From positions 2,336,001-2,400,000 of the forward strand of contig OZ220741.1 in assembly GCA_965116885.1 (NCBI GenBank): a DNA stretch of 64,000 nucleotides, in the 5' to 3' direction. Source of the DNA: Candidatus Latescibacterota bacterium. GTDB taxonomy: Bacteria > Latescibacterota > UBA2968. Within the stretch, counting starts at the first letter, position 1. Each line of letters begins with the position of its first letter. The notes under the pieces were generated by a model, which worked only from the letters and a program-made list of their open reading frames with translations, was not told the DNA's origin and did no database searches. Positions 37,063 through 47,343 of the stretch are shown here, one piece after another. Position numbers and translations under genes: made by a program.

Positions 37063-39081
37063 ATGCGTGTCATTATTTTATTTTTCATTTTGCTAATACC
37101 TCTATCGGCTCACAGTCGCCCGGTGGTCGCGGTTTTGCCTTTTGAAGAGGCGAATACCGATTGGCTCTCAGAGGGTATGGCCTGGAGTTTGTCGGATAAG
37201 CTCCGCCGCGTGTCGGCACTGCAAATGGTCGATTCCGACCGGCTGAATGCCGCTCTGTCTAAATATCAGATGCCTGTGCAGATTGGCCAGTCGGCGGGTG
37301 CAACACTGGTTCTGTACGGTGCCTGTCGGCTGCAGAAAGACCAGCTTCAGATCTCTGCCCGCGTTTTGCGGGTTGATACCGATGAGGTTCTGGATCTGGG
37401 AGAGGTGGGAGGTCCGACCGCGTCTCTGTTTGCCCTGCAGGATAGCGTGATTCGCCGCTTCCTGGACGGTGTTGGTCTCAGTGCTACCGATAGCGAATGG
37501 GAGGCGATTCTTCGCAAACCCACTCATTCAGTTCAGGCTTATGCCCACTGGGTGCGCGCCCGGAGTATGCTGACTGGCGATGCCGAGGATCCGGATGTTG
37601 TGCGCGATCACCTCGACCGCGCCCTTGCCGAGGATGCCGATTATGCCGATGCCCATAGCCACCTGGGGTTGCTTTTTGTCGCGCAACGCCGGTTCAAAGA
37701 AGCGCTCGGTGCCCTGCAGACCGCTGTGCGTCTCAAGCCGGATGATCCACTGATCCGCTACAATCTGGGGGTGACTTATGCCAGTTTGGGGCAGCCCGAT
37801 CGCGCTGCTGTCGCGTTTCGGGATGCGATCCGCCTCGTGCCGGATGATCCCATTACCCACTACAATCTGGGTATTCTACACTATCTTCAGGGCAATCACG
37901 AGGCTGCTATTGCGCCTTTGCAGACGGCGGTTCGTCTCAAGCCAGATTTCGCGGTTGCTTATCTAAACCTGGGTATTGTCCTGGCCAATACGCAATCCTT
38001 TTCCCGCGCGGAAGACGCACTGAAAGAGGCGATTCGCCTGTCTCCCGAAAATGCCGACGCGTACTACAATCTGGGCGTTGTCTATATCGAGATGGGGCAT
38101 GGCGATCAGGCGACCGAAGTGTTAGAGCGAGCCATCTCGCACAATCCAGAGCACGCCGATGCCCATTTTAATCTGGGGCGCGCTTATGAGGCACTGGGCC
38201 GCTATGATGAAGCCGTCGCTGCCTTCAAACAGGCGGCTCAATTCAATCCCGATTATGCCGATTTGCACTTTAATCTGGGCATTGCCCATACCGAGGCCGG
38301 GCGTTTTGAGGAGGCTATTCGCACCCTGCACACTGCCCGCCGGATCTATCCGCAAGATCCGCTTATCTATCACAATATGGGTATTGTGTATCGAAATGCC
38401 GCGCGTTTTGAAGAGGCGGAAAATGCTTTTCGAGAAGCGCTGCGTCTCAATCCCCATCTGGCCGATATTCACCTGTCTCTGGGCAGTTTGCAACTGGATA
38501 TGGGGCGCTATGAGCAGGGTCTTTCAGCCATTCGAGAGGCTGTGCGCTTGACGCCCAAAAATGCCGATGCCCACCGCTATCTGGGCGAGGCTCTGGCTTA
38601 TTTGAAGCAGTATCCAGATGCGATTCGGGCTTTCCGAAAAGCCATTGAGCTTAAGGGCGACGATGGAGAAGCCCATCTCGGCCTGGGCATGATCTATTTG
38701 CATACCGGGCAAAAAACCGCGGCTACTTCTGCTCTCAAAACGGGTCTTCGACTCAGTCCCGGACACCCCGATTCTCTGGCTATTGCCCGCGAGATCGCGC
38801 GGTTGCAGAAGCAGCCTGAGCAGGTGAGTTCCCATCTGAACCGCGCCCGCGCTTTTGAGGATGCCGGGCTTTTGGACGAAGCGATTGATTCCTATCGCAA
38901 AGCCGCCAGTCTCAGTCCCGAGAATGCCGATATTCAGCACGCCCTGGGCATGGCTTGTCTGCGGGCGAATCGTCCGGAAGACGCGCTGCCCGCTTTTCGG
39001 AAGGTTCTCGGGCTTCGTCCAGATCATCCCGATGCAAATCTCATCCGTGATTTTATTCGCCGCATGGAAGAGGGACAATGA
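37063..39081 (+). CDS. Secreted TPR-repeat protein with an N-terminal TolB_N/CsgG-like alpha/beta domain
   Basis: Signal peptide; VAVLPFE...WLSEG; more than 10 34-aa TPRs (P..A.AHxNLG). Confidence 0.85.
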   Translation: MRVIILFFILLIPLSAHSRPVVAVLPFEEANTDWLSEGMAWSLSDKLRRVSALQMVDSDRLNAALSKYQMPVQIGQSAGATLVLYGACRLQKDQLQISARVLRVDTDEVLDLGEVGGPTASLFALQDSVIRRFLDGVGLSATDSEWEAILRKPTHSVQAYAHWVRARSMLTGDAEDPDVVRDHLDRALAEDADYADAHSHLGLLFVAQRRFKEALGALQTAVRLKPDDPLIRYNLGVTYASLGQPDRAAVAFRDAIRLVPDDPITHYNLGILHYLQGNHEAAIAPLQTAVRLKPDFAVAYLNLGIVLANTQSFSRAEDALKEAIRLSPENADAYYNLGVVYIEMGHGDQATEVLERAISHNPEHADAHFNLGRAYEALGRYDEAVAAFKQAAQFNPDYADLHFNLGIAHTEAGRFEEAIRTLHTARRIYPQDPLIYHNMGIVYRNAARFEEAENAFREALRLNPHLADIHLSLGSLQLDMGRYEQGLSAIREAVRLTPKNADAHRYLGEALAYLKQYPDAIRAFRKAIELKGDDGEAHLGLGMIYLHTGQKTAATSALKTGLRLSPGHPDSLAIAREIARLQKQPEQVSSHLNRARAFEDAGLLDEAIDSYRKAASLSPENADIQHALGMACLRANRPEDALPAFRKVLGLRPDHPDANLIRDFIRRMEEGQ

Positions 39082-40694
39082 CCATGATTCGCGTCGCGTT
39101 GTTCCTGTTCCTGTTTTGCGCGCCCCATTCTATCGCCGCTGATGCCATCCGTTTTACTGAAATGGCGGAGAAGGCGGGTATCCATTTTGTCCACAGTACC
39201 GGAGCCAGAGGCGGATGGCACTATATCGAGACGATGGGGTCCGGCTGTGCGCTTTTCGACGCGGATGGCGATGGGGACCTGGATCTCTATCTGGTCAATG
39301 GTGCCAATTTGCCCGGACAACCGGTTCAAGGTAGCAATGCGCTGTATCGCAATGATACGGATAAAACGATTCGCTTGACTGATATTACTGAATTTTCGGG
39401 TGTGCCTGGCCGGGGCTACGGCATGGGTTGTACTGTGGGCGATGTAGATAATGATGGCGATCTGGATCTCTACGTTACCGGCTATCCCGAAAATATTCTG
39501 TATGTGAACAATGGCGATGCCACTTTCAAAGACGCTTCACAGCAGGCGAATGTGACCGCAGGCGGCTGGAGCGCGGGGGCGGTTTTTTTCGATTTTGAGG
39601 CCGATGGGGATCTGGATCTCTATGTGGTGCGCTATCTCGCGTACGATCCCGCTCGCGAGCCGGTGTGTGAACGCAGTGGCGTGCGGACCTATTGCGCGCC
39701 GTACCGATTTCGAGGTGCTCCCGATTTGTTGTATCTGAATAATGGCGATGGCACATTTGAAGATATTTCTCAGCGAGCCGGTATCGCCGATCTTCATGGC
39801 AAGGGTCTGGGCGTGCTCACGCTGGATTACGACCGGGATGGCGATACCGATCTCTATATCGCCAATGATACGACGCCCAATTTTCTCTACCGAAATGACG
39901 GCGATCGCTTTACGGAAGTCGGCCTCAAAGTGGGTGTGAGCACAAGTGCTTCAGGCCGCCCGCAAGCTGGCATGGGCGTGGATGCTGGCGATGTGGATGG
40001 CGATGGCCGCACGGATCTTATTGTTACCAATTTTTCCTATGAGTCAAATGCTTTCTATCACCACACAGAACTGGGTGTTTTTGCAGAGGCCAGTGCCCGC
40101 CTGGGTCTTGTGGGACCGAGTACGCTTCCTCTGGGTTTTGGCACACATTTCTTTGATGCGGATAGCGATGGGAATCTGGATCTTTTTGTGGCCAATGGTC
40201 ATATTTTTCCCAATGTATCGGATTTCTCTTCTGCCGAGTCCTACCCTCAGACCGATCAGTTTTTCCGCTATACCGCAGGTGTGTTTGACGACGTTTCCGA
40301 ATCGGCGGGTTTCACATTGCCTGCTGTCAGCCGGGGTTCGGCGCTGGGCGATATAGATGCCGATGGCGATCTGGATCTGGTTGTGCTCGTCGCCGATGCC
40401 CGTCCGCATCTCTACAGGAATGATACGCCGTCTGCCTATCCATGGGTTATTGTTGAGCTAAAGAGCGCGAATCGCAGTGCGATTGGTGCTCGCGTCACCC
40501 TTACGGCAGGTGGGCGTACCCAATCTCGAGAGGTGCGAAGCCAATCAGGGTATCTCTCTTCTGGAGATCCGCGTCTCCATTTCGGTCTGGGTGATGCCGA
40601 ACAGATTGATCGTCTCGATATCTGGTGGCCCTCTGGACGCACCCAAACTCTGAGCAATTTGTCGCCGAATCAGATTCTGGTCATTGAGGAATAG
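39078..40694 (+). CDS. CRTAC1-family protein (FG-GAP/VCBS repeats + ASPIC/UnbV)
   Basis: ETMGSG, repeated DxDxDGDLDL, AIGARV, HFGLG, WPSG. Confidence 0.9.
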   Translation: MTMIRVALFLFLFCAPHSIAADAIRFTEMAEKAGIHFVHSTGARGGWHYIETMGSGCALFDADGDGDLDLYLVNGANLPGQPVQGSNALYRNDTDKTIRLTDITEFSGVPGRGYGMGCTVGDVDNDGDLDLYVTGYPENILYVNNGDATFKDASQQANVTAGGWSAGAVFFDFEADGDLDLYVVRYLAYDPAREPVCERSGVRTYCAPYRFRGAPDLLYLNNGDGTFEDISQRAGIADLHGKGLGVLTLDYDRDGDTDLYIANDTTPNFLYRNDGDRFTEVGLKVGVSTSASGRPQAGMGVDAGDVDGDGRTDLIVTNFSYESNAFYHHTELGVFAEASARLGLVGPSTLPLGFGTHFFDADSDGNLDLFVANGHIFPNVSDFSSAESYPQTDQFFRYTAGVFDDVSESAGFTLPAVSRGSALGDIDADGDLDLVVLVADARPHLYRNDTPSAYPWVIVELKSANRSAIGARVTLTAGGRTQSREVRSQSGYLSSGDPRLHFGLGDAEQIDRLDIWWPSGRTQTLSNLSPNQILVIEE

Positions 40695-40696
40695 GC

Positions 40697-42649
40697 TTAC
40701 CATCCGTGTACAAAGTGTCCACTTCCGGGAAACCAGATCGCATCCACGACACTCGACGCTCCCACGCCCAACAGGTATCCCACTACTATTCCATAGGAAA
40801 ATGGCATCGATCGCCGGTAAAGTCCCACGCCCCCAAATTTGAGGGTCAGTGCTTTGACGAGCCATACGACAAAAATAGCGAATCCGTACGTATGACTCGG
40901 GAAGGCGAGTCCCACCGGGTGAATCGGCCAGGAAGCGAACCGGGTATTCAAGACTGTCAGCAGGCCCGCTTCTCCGACTCCGAATAGCCAGACCAGCAGT
41001 TTCTGAAAATCAAAATATGTGGGTTCTGTCCCCTCAATGATGCCTACTTGTCCCAGCATTACAGTCCAGTCGTACATATAGGCCGCGTTTAGACCGCCTT
41101 CTGTATAACACAAATAAAGCTGGGCACCGCAGGCTATGGCATAGGCGGTGAGCAGAGAGATGGGCAGAGCACATACGACCAGAAAACGGCGTTTCAGGGC
41201 TTGTTGCAATAGCCGAAAAAAATGTGGAATGGCCGGTATCGACAGCATTCGTCCCGAATGCGCGGCCAATCCGCCGCGGTTTAACACCATTATCCCCGTC
41301 AGGTCGGAGGGGGAAAAATTGGCTGTTCCCAGAAGCGTCTTGAGTATCGGTCCACCTTTCTGCCCCTGGGGTGATAGAAATACGAATCCCGTGGCTGCCG
41401 CGTATTTGGCCACGCCAAAGTAGATCACGAAAAACAGTGAAAGCTGTAGCAGTGCCGCGACGGGTCGCATGTCCAGAGATATCATCCAGCCTGTGAGAAA
41501 TGCAAATGCCGCGCTGAATCCCAGCCAGGCCGTGCGGTAGGTCACGGGCGTTCCATCGTCTTTGCTCCGGTCGTCTGATAATGCCTTTTGCAGGGTTTCT
41601 TTCAGGTGTCCTCTGGCTACCCAGACCGACCAGATCACGAGAAAGACCAGTGCGCCGTGCGCCTCAAGCATCCGAATTTCTCCCGAGGTTGCCGCCTGCC
41701 CCTGCATGCCCACTGTAAATCCCGTTCGGTCCATCAGTGCTTGTTTGAAAATATTGAGTACAAAAAAGGTCCACACGCTCAGCAGTATATTTAGCGGACA
41801 CAGGTAAGCCAATCCCATCAAAAGGGGCTGAATCCTCAGGTATAAGGTCGGAAAATCGCGCCCGATGTGTACGGCTTTGGTCAAATAGTGATCGTATATC
41901 CCAATGCGCGGAATTGTGAGAATAAAATACCCGGCAATATTCCAGAAAATCACACCGGCTGTACACGCAAAGCCCATCCAGAAAACGGGTGTTCGGAACA
42001 CGATGGGCAGTCGGTGTGAAGGTTCTTCCCGGAGCAGTTCCAGGGGCATTGTCGCCAGGGGAAATGTCAACCGTTCCCGTTCCACCCACTGTTTGTAGAA
42101 CAACACACTTGCAAAAAAGCCGGCCATTACGAGTGCTACAGTTCCGGCAAACCACCAGAACAGCGGGGTTAGCCAGTTGCGCCACGGGATGGATTCCTCT
42201 GATCCCAGTCCTACGTACAGCTTTTCTACTACCATATCTCCCGGCTCAAAAAATAGCCAGCGGGGCATATAGGCCCCCACGACCTCCCAGAATCGGTTTT
42301 CCGGTGAAGAAAAAGCGGATGGTGCTGAAATATCCGTAATCAAGTACCCGGCCCAGCCCACTGCCGGTGCGGTACCCACCATCCAGACCATTCCAAAAAT
42401 CACCATCACTTCTGTGCGCGACAGGGCAAAGCGAGGCAAAATGAGCTTTAAAACTGTGTTGATCCCCACCCACAACACCAGTGGTAGCAACGCGGTGACG
42501 GGCACGAAGCTTTTCATCAGATTTCGCCCGAAGTAGGTCGCGTACAAACACATGCCCGCAATTGTGATCAGCCCCAGTACAAAAGCCCGAATGGTGAGCG
42601 ATTCAGATGCTGTTGATGCTTTTCTTTGAGGTTCCGGTGCCGAAGCCAT
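40697..42649 (-). CDS. DUF6785/DUF6784-like polytopic membrane protein (putative transporter)
   Basis: RAFVLGL, QWVERERLTFPL, WPIHPVG, KFGG..LYRR..PF..G; many hydrophobic segments. Confidence 0.7.
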   Translation of the reverse strand: MASAPEPQRKASTASESLTIRAFVLGLITIAGMCLYATYFGRNLMKSFVPVTALLPLVLWVGINTVLKLILPRFALSRTEVMVIFGMVWMVGTAPAVGWAGYLITDISAPSAFSSPENRFWEVVGAYMPRWLFFEPGDMVVEKLYVGLGSEESIPWRNWLTPLFWWFAGTVALVMAGFFASVLFYKQWVERERLTFPLATMPLELLREEPSHRLPIVFRTPVFWMGFACTAGVIFWNIAGYFILTIPRIGIYDHYLTKAVHIGRDFPTLYLRIQPLLMGLAYLCPLNILLSVWTFFVLNIFKQALMDRTGFTVGMQGQAATSGEIRMLEAHGALVFLVIWSVWVARGHLKETLQKALSDDRSKDDGTPVTYRTAWLGFSAAFAFLTGWMISLDMRPVAALLQLSLFFVIYFGVAKYAAATGFVFLSPQGQKGGPILKTLLGTANFSPSDLTGIMVLNRGGLAAHSGRMLSIPAIPHFFRLLQQALKRRFLVVCALPISLLTAYAIACGAQLYLCYTEGGLNAAYMYDWTVMLGQVGIIEGTEPTYFDFQKLLVWLFGVGEAGLLTVLNTRFASWPIHPVGLAFPSHTYGFAIFVVWLVKALTLKFGGVGLYRRSMPFSYGIVVGYLLGVGASSVVDAIWFPGSGHFVHGW

Positions 42650-42667
42650 ATTCGCAAACCCCGTCTC

Positions 42668-45046
42668 TCAGGGCATGGGTTCTGTAATATTTACAATTTG
42701 TCCTGCGGACAGGTTTTCTACGACCTGCACTGTTCCGCTGGGCCAGATCACTTTTAGTCGGGTTGCGCGGTCGGCGTCTCCCAGGCCAAAATGGATCGTG
42801 TATGGGTCGGTTGACCCGAATCCAACGCTTCCCTGTACTTCCCGGAACAGGGTGCGGTTTCCGACTGTCAGGCGCAATTTCGTTCCCACGCCAAAACGAT
42901 TGCTTTGACGTCCTTGAAGTGTGACCTGTAACCAGCGATTCTGATTTTCCGATTCGTTGCGGTAAAGCGCGTTTTCGAATAGGTCTCCGTGGTACCATCC
43001 GCCTTGCGGTGCATATACGTCCAGGTCGCCATCTGCGTCGTAATCGGCAAATGTGATGCCGTGTCCTTTGCCCAGGTGCCCCATTCCCGCGTATTCGGTC
43101 AGGTCGGTGAATGTCCCGTTCCCGTTGTTGCGATAAAACCGGTTCGGTTCCAGGCGTCCCAGGTCCGGATCTCCCGTCCCGAAGTACACGTCCAGGTACC
43201 CGTCGTTATCCACATCTCCCACATTGCCGCCCATCACGCCGTGGGCATAGATGAATCCCGCTTCGTAGGATACATCTGTGAAGCGCCAGCCTTCGGCCTG
43301 GCCCTCGTTGCGGTATAGCTTGGGCGTTGGATAGGCCGGGTCGGTGGGCGCGGTATAGCCGGTCCGCTGTCCCTCTAAGCTCTCTTTGAATCCGGCGAGG
43401 CAGGTGGTCAGGATGTCCAGGTCGCCGTCGTTGTCGTAGTCGAAGAAGAACGATACATAGCCTCGAAGCGTGCCGCTTCCGGCGACGTTGGAAGCCCGTG
43501 CGACATCGACAAATGTGCCGTCGCCGCGGTTTCGATACAGGGCATTGGGCGTCTCGAAGCCGGTTACAAAGAGGTCCAGGTCGCCGTCTAAGTCGTAATC
43601 GCCAAAGGCTGCGCCCACTGTGCCCAGGTCAAAATGAAGGCCCGCTTCGTCTGTGGTTTCGACAAATGTTCCGTTTCCATTGTTGCGGTAGTGCGCGTTT
43701 GAGGATCCGTCTCCGGCAATGCCATTTGCGATAAATAGATCCAGGTCGCCATCGTTGTCCGTATCGCCCCACAGGGAGACAAATCCCGATCCCCCGTCAT
43801 CTGTGCCCGAAGCTGCGGATACATCGGTGAATTGGCCCCCGTCATTGCGGTAGAGCGCGTTTGGGCCAGGGCCGGACCACCCGCTGCGGGCGATGTAGAG
43901 GTCCAGGTCGCCATCGTTGTCGTAATCGACGAGATTTCCCGAGAATCCCGAATCGACGTCTTTCAGGCCGATCTGATTGCTGATATCCACAAATTGGGTT
44001 CCGTCGTTGCGGTAAAATGCGAGGTACGTGTCGCATCCCTGCGCCAGCAGGTCCAGGTCGCCGTCGCCGTCGATGTCTCCCCAGGCACTCGGTCCGGCTC
44101 CATCCAATTTGGCCACGCCCAGATCGCGGGCTACATCTGTAAAGCGCACGGGCAGGAGGGTGTCTGTGGATTCGGGGCGCTGGTCAAAGCGATAATAGGA
44201 CCACAACGACCAGGGATAACCGCCGAGTTTGTCATAGGCTTGTTTCAAGTTCCACTGGGTGCGGAAAAACCATTCGTCTGTTTCCGGCAGGGCGCGCAGC
44301 AAATTTAAGAATGTTTCGGCTGATTTTCGATACTGTCCCGCGCGGTAATAGGCCACGCCCAGGCGATCCGGTACGCGGAGATCCAGGCGGTCCTTTTGCA
44401 TTTGCATCGCTACGTTCAAGCGTTCAATTGCCGCTTCGTAATCTCCCATTCTCAAAAGGGCGAGGCCAGCCAGATAGCGCGCTTCTGCATCGTTTATGGC
44501 GTTGTCGGATAATTTATCGGCGTGGTGAAATGCGCGTTCCAGCAAGATGCGGGAGTCGTTCAGGGGCAGGATTTGTCCGCTGCTTCCCATTTTCTGATTT
44601 TCAAACCAGATGGTTTCTCCGCCCAGCAAATAGGTGACGTATTCTTTTCTCACGTCCAGCATGAGGGGTTGTTTTATGAGAGCCGCTTCAAATTGCGCTG
44701 CTGCACGGGCGGGTTCCCGCTGTGATCGGTAGAGCCGCGCGAGCCAGGTTCGCGCCTCGACTGCATCCGGATTGCGGGCTACTGCTCGCTCAAATGCGGT
44801 TATCGCTTCGGGGCGGTTTTGGATTGCGAGTACTTTGCCCAGGTGGAGATAGGCCGCGCTTTGCGTCGAGTCGATTTGAATACATCGGCGAAACTCGGCT
44901 TCGGCGGCTTCGTACTGCGCCCGCCGCATGCTTTCTATTCCCTGCTGGAGATGCGTGGTATAATCTATCCGCATGCCCGGAGAAGGTGATCTTTGCTCAC
45001 CGCATCCGATTGACAGGACAATCAGTAGCAGAAGGAGTACAATCAT
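42668..45046 (-). CDS. Lipoprotein with TPRs + FG-GAP repeats + ASPIC/UnbV (CRTAC1-like)
   Basis: Lipobox SIGC; TPRs; about 7 DYDNDGDLD-type repeats; HFGLG, WPSG; start taken at ATG 45046. Confidence 0.88.
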   Translation of the reverse strand: MIVLLLLLIVLSIGCGEQRSPSPGMRIDYTTHLQQGIESMRRAQYEAAEAEFRRCIQIDSTQSAAYLHLGKVLAIQNRPEAITAFERAVARNPDAVEARTWLARLYRSQREPARAAAQFEAALIKQPLMLDVRKEYVTYLLGGETIWFENQKMGSSGQILPLNDSRILLERAFHHADKLSDNAINDAEARYLAGLALLRMGDYEAAIERLNVAMQMQKDRLDLRVPDRLGVAYYRAGQYRKSAETFLNLLRALPETDEWFFRTQWNLKQAYDKLGGYPWSLWSYYRFDQRPESTDTLLPVRFTDVARDLGVAKLDGAGPSAWGDIDGDGDLDLLAQGCDTYLAFYRNDGTQFVDISNQIGLKDVDSGFSGNLVDYDNDGDLDLYIARSGWSGPGPNALYRNDGGQFTDVSAASGTDDGGSGFVSLWGDTDNDGDLDLFIANGIAGDGSSNAHYRNNGNGTFVETTDEAGLHFDLGTVGAAFGDYDLDGDLDLFVTGFETPNALYRNRGDGTFVDVARASNVAGSGTLRGYVSFFFDYDNDGDLDILTTCLAGFKESLEGQRTGYTAPTDPAYPTPKLYRNEGQAEGWRFTDVSYEAGFIYAHGVMGGNVGDVDNDGYLDVYFGTGDPDLGRLEPNRFYRNNGNGTFTDLTEYAGMGHLGKGHGITFADYDADGDLDVYAPQGGWYHGDLFENALYRNESENQNRWLQVTLQGRQSNRFGVGTKLRLTVGNRTLFREVQGSVGFGSTDPYTIHFGLGDADRATRLKVIWPSGTVQVVENLSAGQIVNITEPMP

Positions 45047-45047
45047 G

Positions 45048-45710
45048 TCAGACCATCCGTCCATCTGCGAGTTTTATCTGGCGGTCTGCTCGATTTGCCA
45101 GATTCAGGTTGTGCGTGGATAGCACGATTGTCACTCCTTCGGTGTGGTTCATATTTCGCAATAATGCCAAAATTTCATTTCCTCGTTTTGAATCCAGGTT
45201 GCCAGTTGGCTCATCTGCGAGCAAGATCTCGGGGTTGTTTACGAGTGCGCGCGCAATGGCTACCCGTTGCTGTTCGCCTCCCGATAGTTCTCGGGGCAGG
45301 TGATCTGATCGGTGCTGCAAATCCACGCGTGCCAGCAAGTCTCTTACCCGATTGCGTTGATGCAGGGCGCGGGAAAAGAGGAGGGGGAGTGCCACATTTT
45401 CTTCGACGGTCAATGTGGGTACCAGGCAATAGTCTTGAAATACGAAGCCCACGTGTTGCCGACGCATGGTTTCCAGGTCTTTGCCGCGCAAAGTACTCAC
45501 GTCTCGATCCAGCAATTTCAAGAGGCCCGATGTGGGGCGGTCCAGACACCCCAGAAGGTTTAACAGGGTTGTTTTTCCCGCGCCCGACGCGCCTGTGATG
45601 GCTACAAATTCGCCGGGTTCTACGATCAGGTCTATACCGGATAACGCCGCGATTTCTTCGGCTGAACGGCGGTATATGCGGGTGAGTCCCTGTGCGAGAA
45701 TAGCCGACAT
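45048..45710 (-). CDS. ABC transporter ATP-binding protein (LolD/MacB type)
   Basis: GASGAGKTT, LSGGEQQRVAIARAL, LADEPTGNLD. Confidence 0.93.
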   Translation of the reverse strand: MSAILAQGLTRIYRRSAEEIAALSGIDLIVEPGEFVAITGASGAGKTTLLNLLGCLDRPTSGLLKLLDRDVSTLRGKDLETMRRQHVGFVFQDYCLVPTLTVEENVALPLLFSRALHQRNRVRDLLARVDLQHRSDHLPRELSGGEQQRVAIARALVNNPEILLADEPTGNLDSKRGNEILALLRNMNHTEGVTIVLSTHNLNLANRADRQIKLADGRMV

Positions 45711-45711
45711 T

Positions 45712-46881
45712 TCAGCGCATCCACGCAATGGGATGCAGGCGGGAAGCCCGCCACCCCGGTATGGTTCCAGCCAGTATGCCCATGCCTGCTGCCATTGCGA
45801 TCCCGCCGATTAGTAGTATGCCATCAATTTGCACCAGTACGCCTGGGGGGGCAAATGGGAGAATCGCGCGTACGGCTTCAGATGCCAGGCGGCTGCCCAA
45901 TACCGCGATTCCGCCACCTGCTATTCCGCCTATGGTGCAGATTGTCAGTGCCTCTGCACAGATCAATGCAAATACGTCGCCCCGGGATGCGCCAATTGCC
46001 CGCATGACGCCGATTTCTCGCGTTCGTTCAAAGACCGCGATTAGCATGGTATTCATCACGCCGAGTACTGCAATTGCCACGGCTACGATGGCGACTGTTC
46101 CGATGAAAAACCGCGCGGTGCCCAGGAGGTCGAGAAGGGTTCGCTGGACCTGCGCCATGGTGATAACCTGTACCGAGGGTATTTCGAATACGCGTTCCGA
46201 AAATCCGTCTATTCTGGACAGGTCTTTTAATTTTACGCCGATGCCCGTGAGTTTTTCTTTTTTGTCGAAGAGGCGCTGCGCTACCCCAAGTGGGACGAAG
46301 ATGGTGCCGTCGTCCTGCGTTCCGCTGCGGTCAAAAATCCCGCGTACGCGGAATGTTTGTCCCAGTCCTTTGAGCGGAAAGTCATCCCCGATGTTTTTTC
46401 GATAATACGCCGCTACGCTGTATCCCAGTATGACCTCGTCGGTCGCGCTTTCGTTGAACCACTCGCCCCGCTGGAAGGTTAGCCAGGGTTTCATTTCCAG
46501 AAAGCTGTTTTCTATTCCCGTTATCAGGGAAAATCCCTCCCGGTGTACGGGAAGCGATCCGAGAAATAACCGGGTCGTGGTCGCTACATCGGCGTCTCGA
46601 AGGATTTCACGGTGGATGGCTTCGTCCATGTACATCGGTATTACCCCACCTTGCATCAGCAGGGTCGCGGCTTCGTAGGGGCATCCTTTTGAGGTGACCA
46701 GTACGTGATAACCCAGGCGGTCAATGCTGTGGATGAGGGATGTGCGGTATCCGGTTCCCAGGCCCAGGAGGCTGACCAGGACGCATACGGATAGGGCCAC
46801 GCCGCTTATGGTCAACGCGCTTCGCGTGCGGTGTCGGCGCAGTTCTTTCAGGACGACGCTTATAAATTGAAAAATGACCAA
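45712..46881 (-). CDS. ABC permease, MacB/FtsX-like
   Basis: RSALTISGV, periplasmic domain, MNTMLIAVFERTREIGVMRAIGA, PGWRASRL. Confidence 0.9.
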   Translation of the reverse strand: MVIFQFISVVLKELRRHRTRSALTISGVALSVCVLVSLLGLGTGYRTSLIHSIDRLGYHVLVTSKGCPYEAATLLMQGGVIPMYMDEAIHREILRDADVATTTRLFLGSLPVHREGFSLITGIENSFLEMKPWLTFQRGEWFNESATDEVILGYSVAAYYRKNIGDDFPLKGLGQTFRVRGIFDRSGTQDDGTIFVPLGVAQRLFDKKEKLTGIGVKLKDLSRIDGFSERVFEIPSVQVITMAQVQRTLLDLLGTARFFIGTVAIVAVAIAVLGVMNTMLIAVFERTREIGVMRAIGASRGDVFALICAEALTICTIGGIAGGGIAVLGSRLASEAVRAILPFAPPGVLVQIDGILLIGGIAMAAGMGILAGTIPGWRASRLHPIAWMR

Positions 46882-47276
46882 ATCTTTGTCCTTTTGCGAT
46901 GGATTTCTACGCCTTTTCCCATCAGGCGCAGATCGCCTGCGATGCGTTTTACGACGCCTACGACGCGCAGGGAGTCGCCAGAGATATTGCGGGGGACGGT
47001 TATGGTCCGTCCCTGTTCCAGGTCAATCAGTATATGTTGCGTGCTGTCTTGTAGTACGAACCAGCATCCCATGTGCTGGCATACCTGTCCCACGCGGCCC
47101 GATAGCACGACTCGCTGGTCGAGAAATGCGGCTGGACGATCCTGGATTTCTTTGATCCGGGTCGCGCGATTGGCGGGTACGGCTTCGCCCACTTGATGTA
47201 TTTTCGCGGAATCGCATCCGATTATCAGGATTAGTATTATCAGGTATATCTTCAGTTTTTGCGTGACGTCTGCCAT
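46860..47276 (-). CDS. Small OB-fold-like lipoprotein (DUF4920-like)
   Basis: Lipobox IIGC; V.L.GRV.QVCQHMGCWF motif. Confidence 0.65.
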   Translation of the reverse strand: MADVTQKLKIYLIILILIIGCDSAKIHQVGEAVPANRATRIKEIQDRPAAFLDQRVVLSGRVGQVCQHMGCWFVLQDSTQHILIDLEQGRTITVPRNISGDSLRVVGVVKRIAGDLRLMGKGVEIHRKRTKIWSFFNL

Positions 47277-47343
47277 AAGAGATGATATTTTGTTTGTGGG
47301 ATAAAATCAAGGGATTCTCCCATCTGTTTTCTGTGACGGGAAT

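Noticed and set aside
39078..45046. Enediyne cluster suggested by UnbV domains
   Set aside because: No PKSE or thioesterase genes; ASPIC/UnbV domains are common in CRTAC1-like proteins
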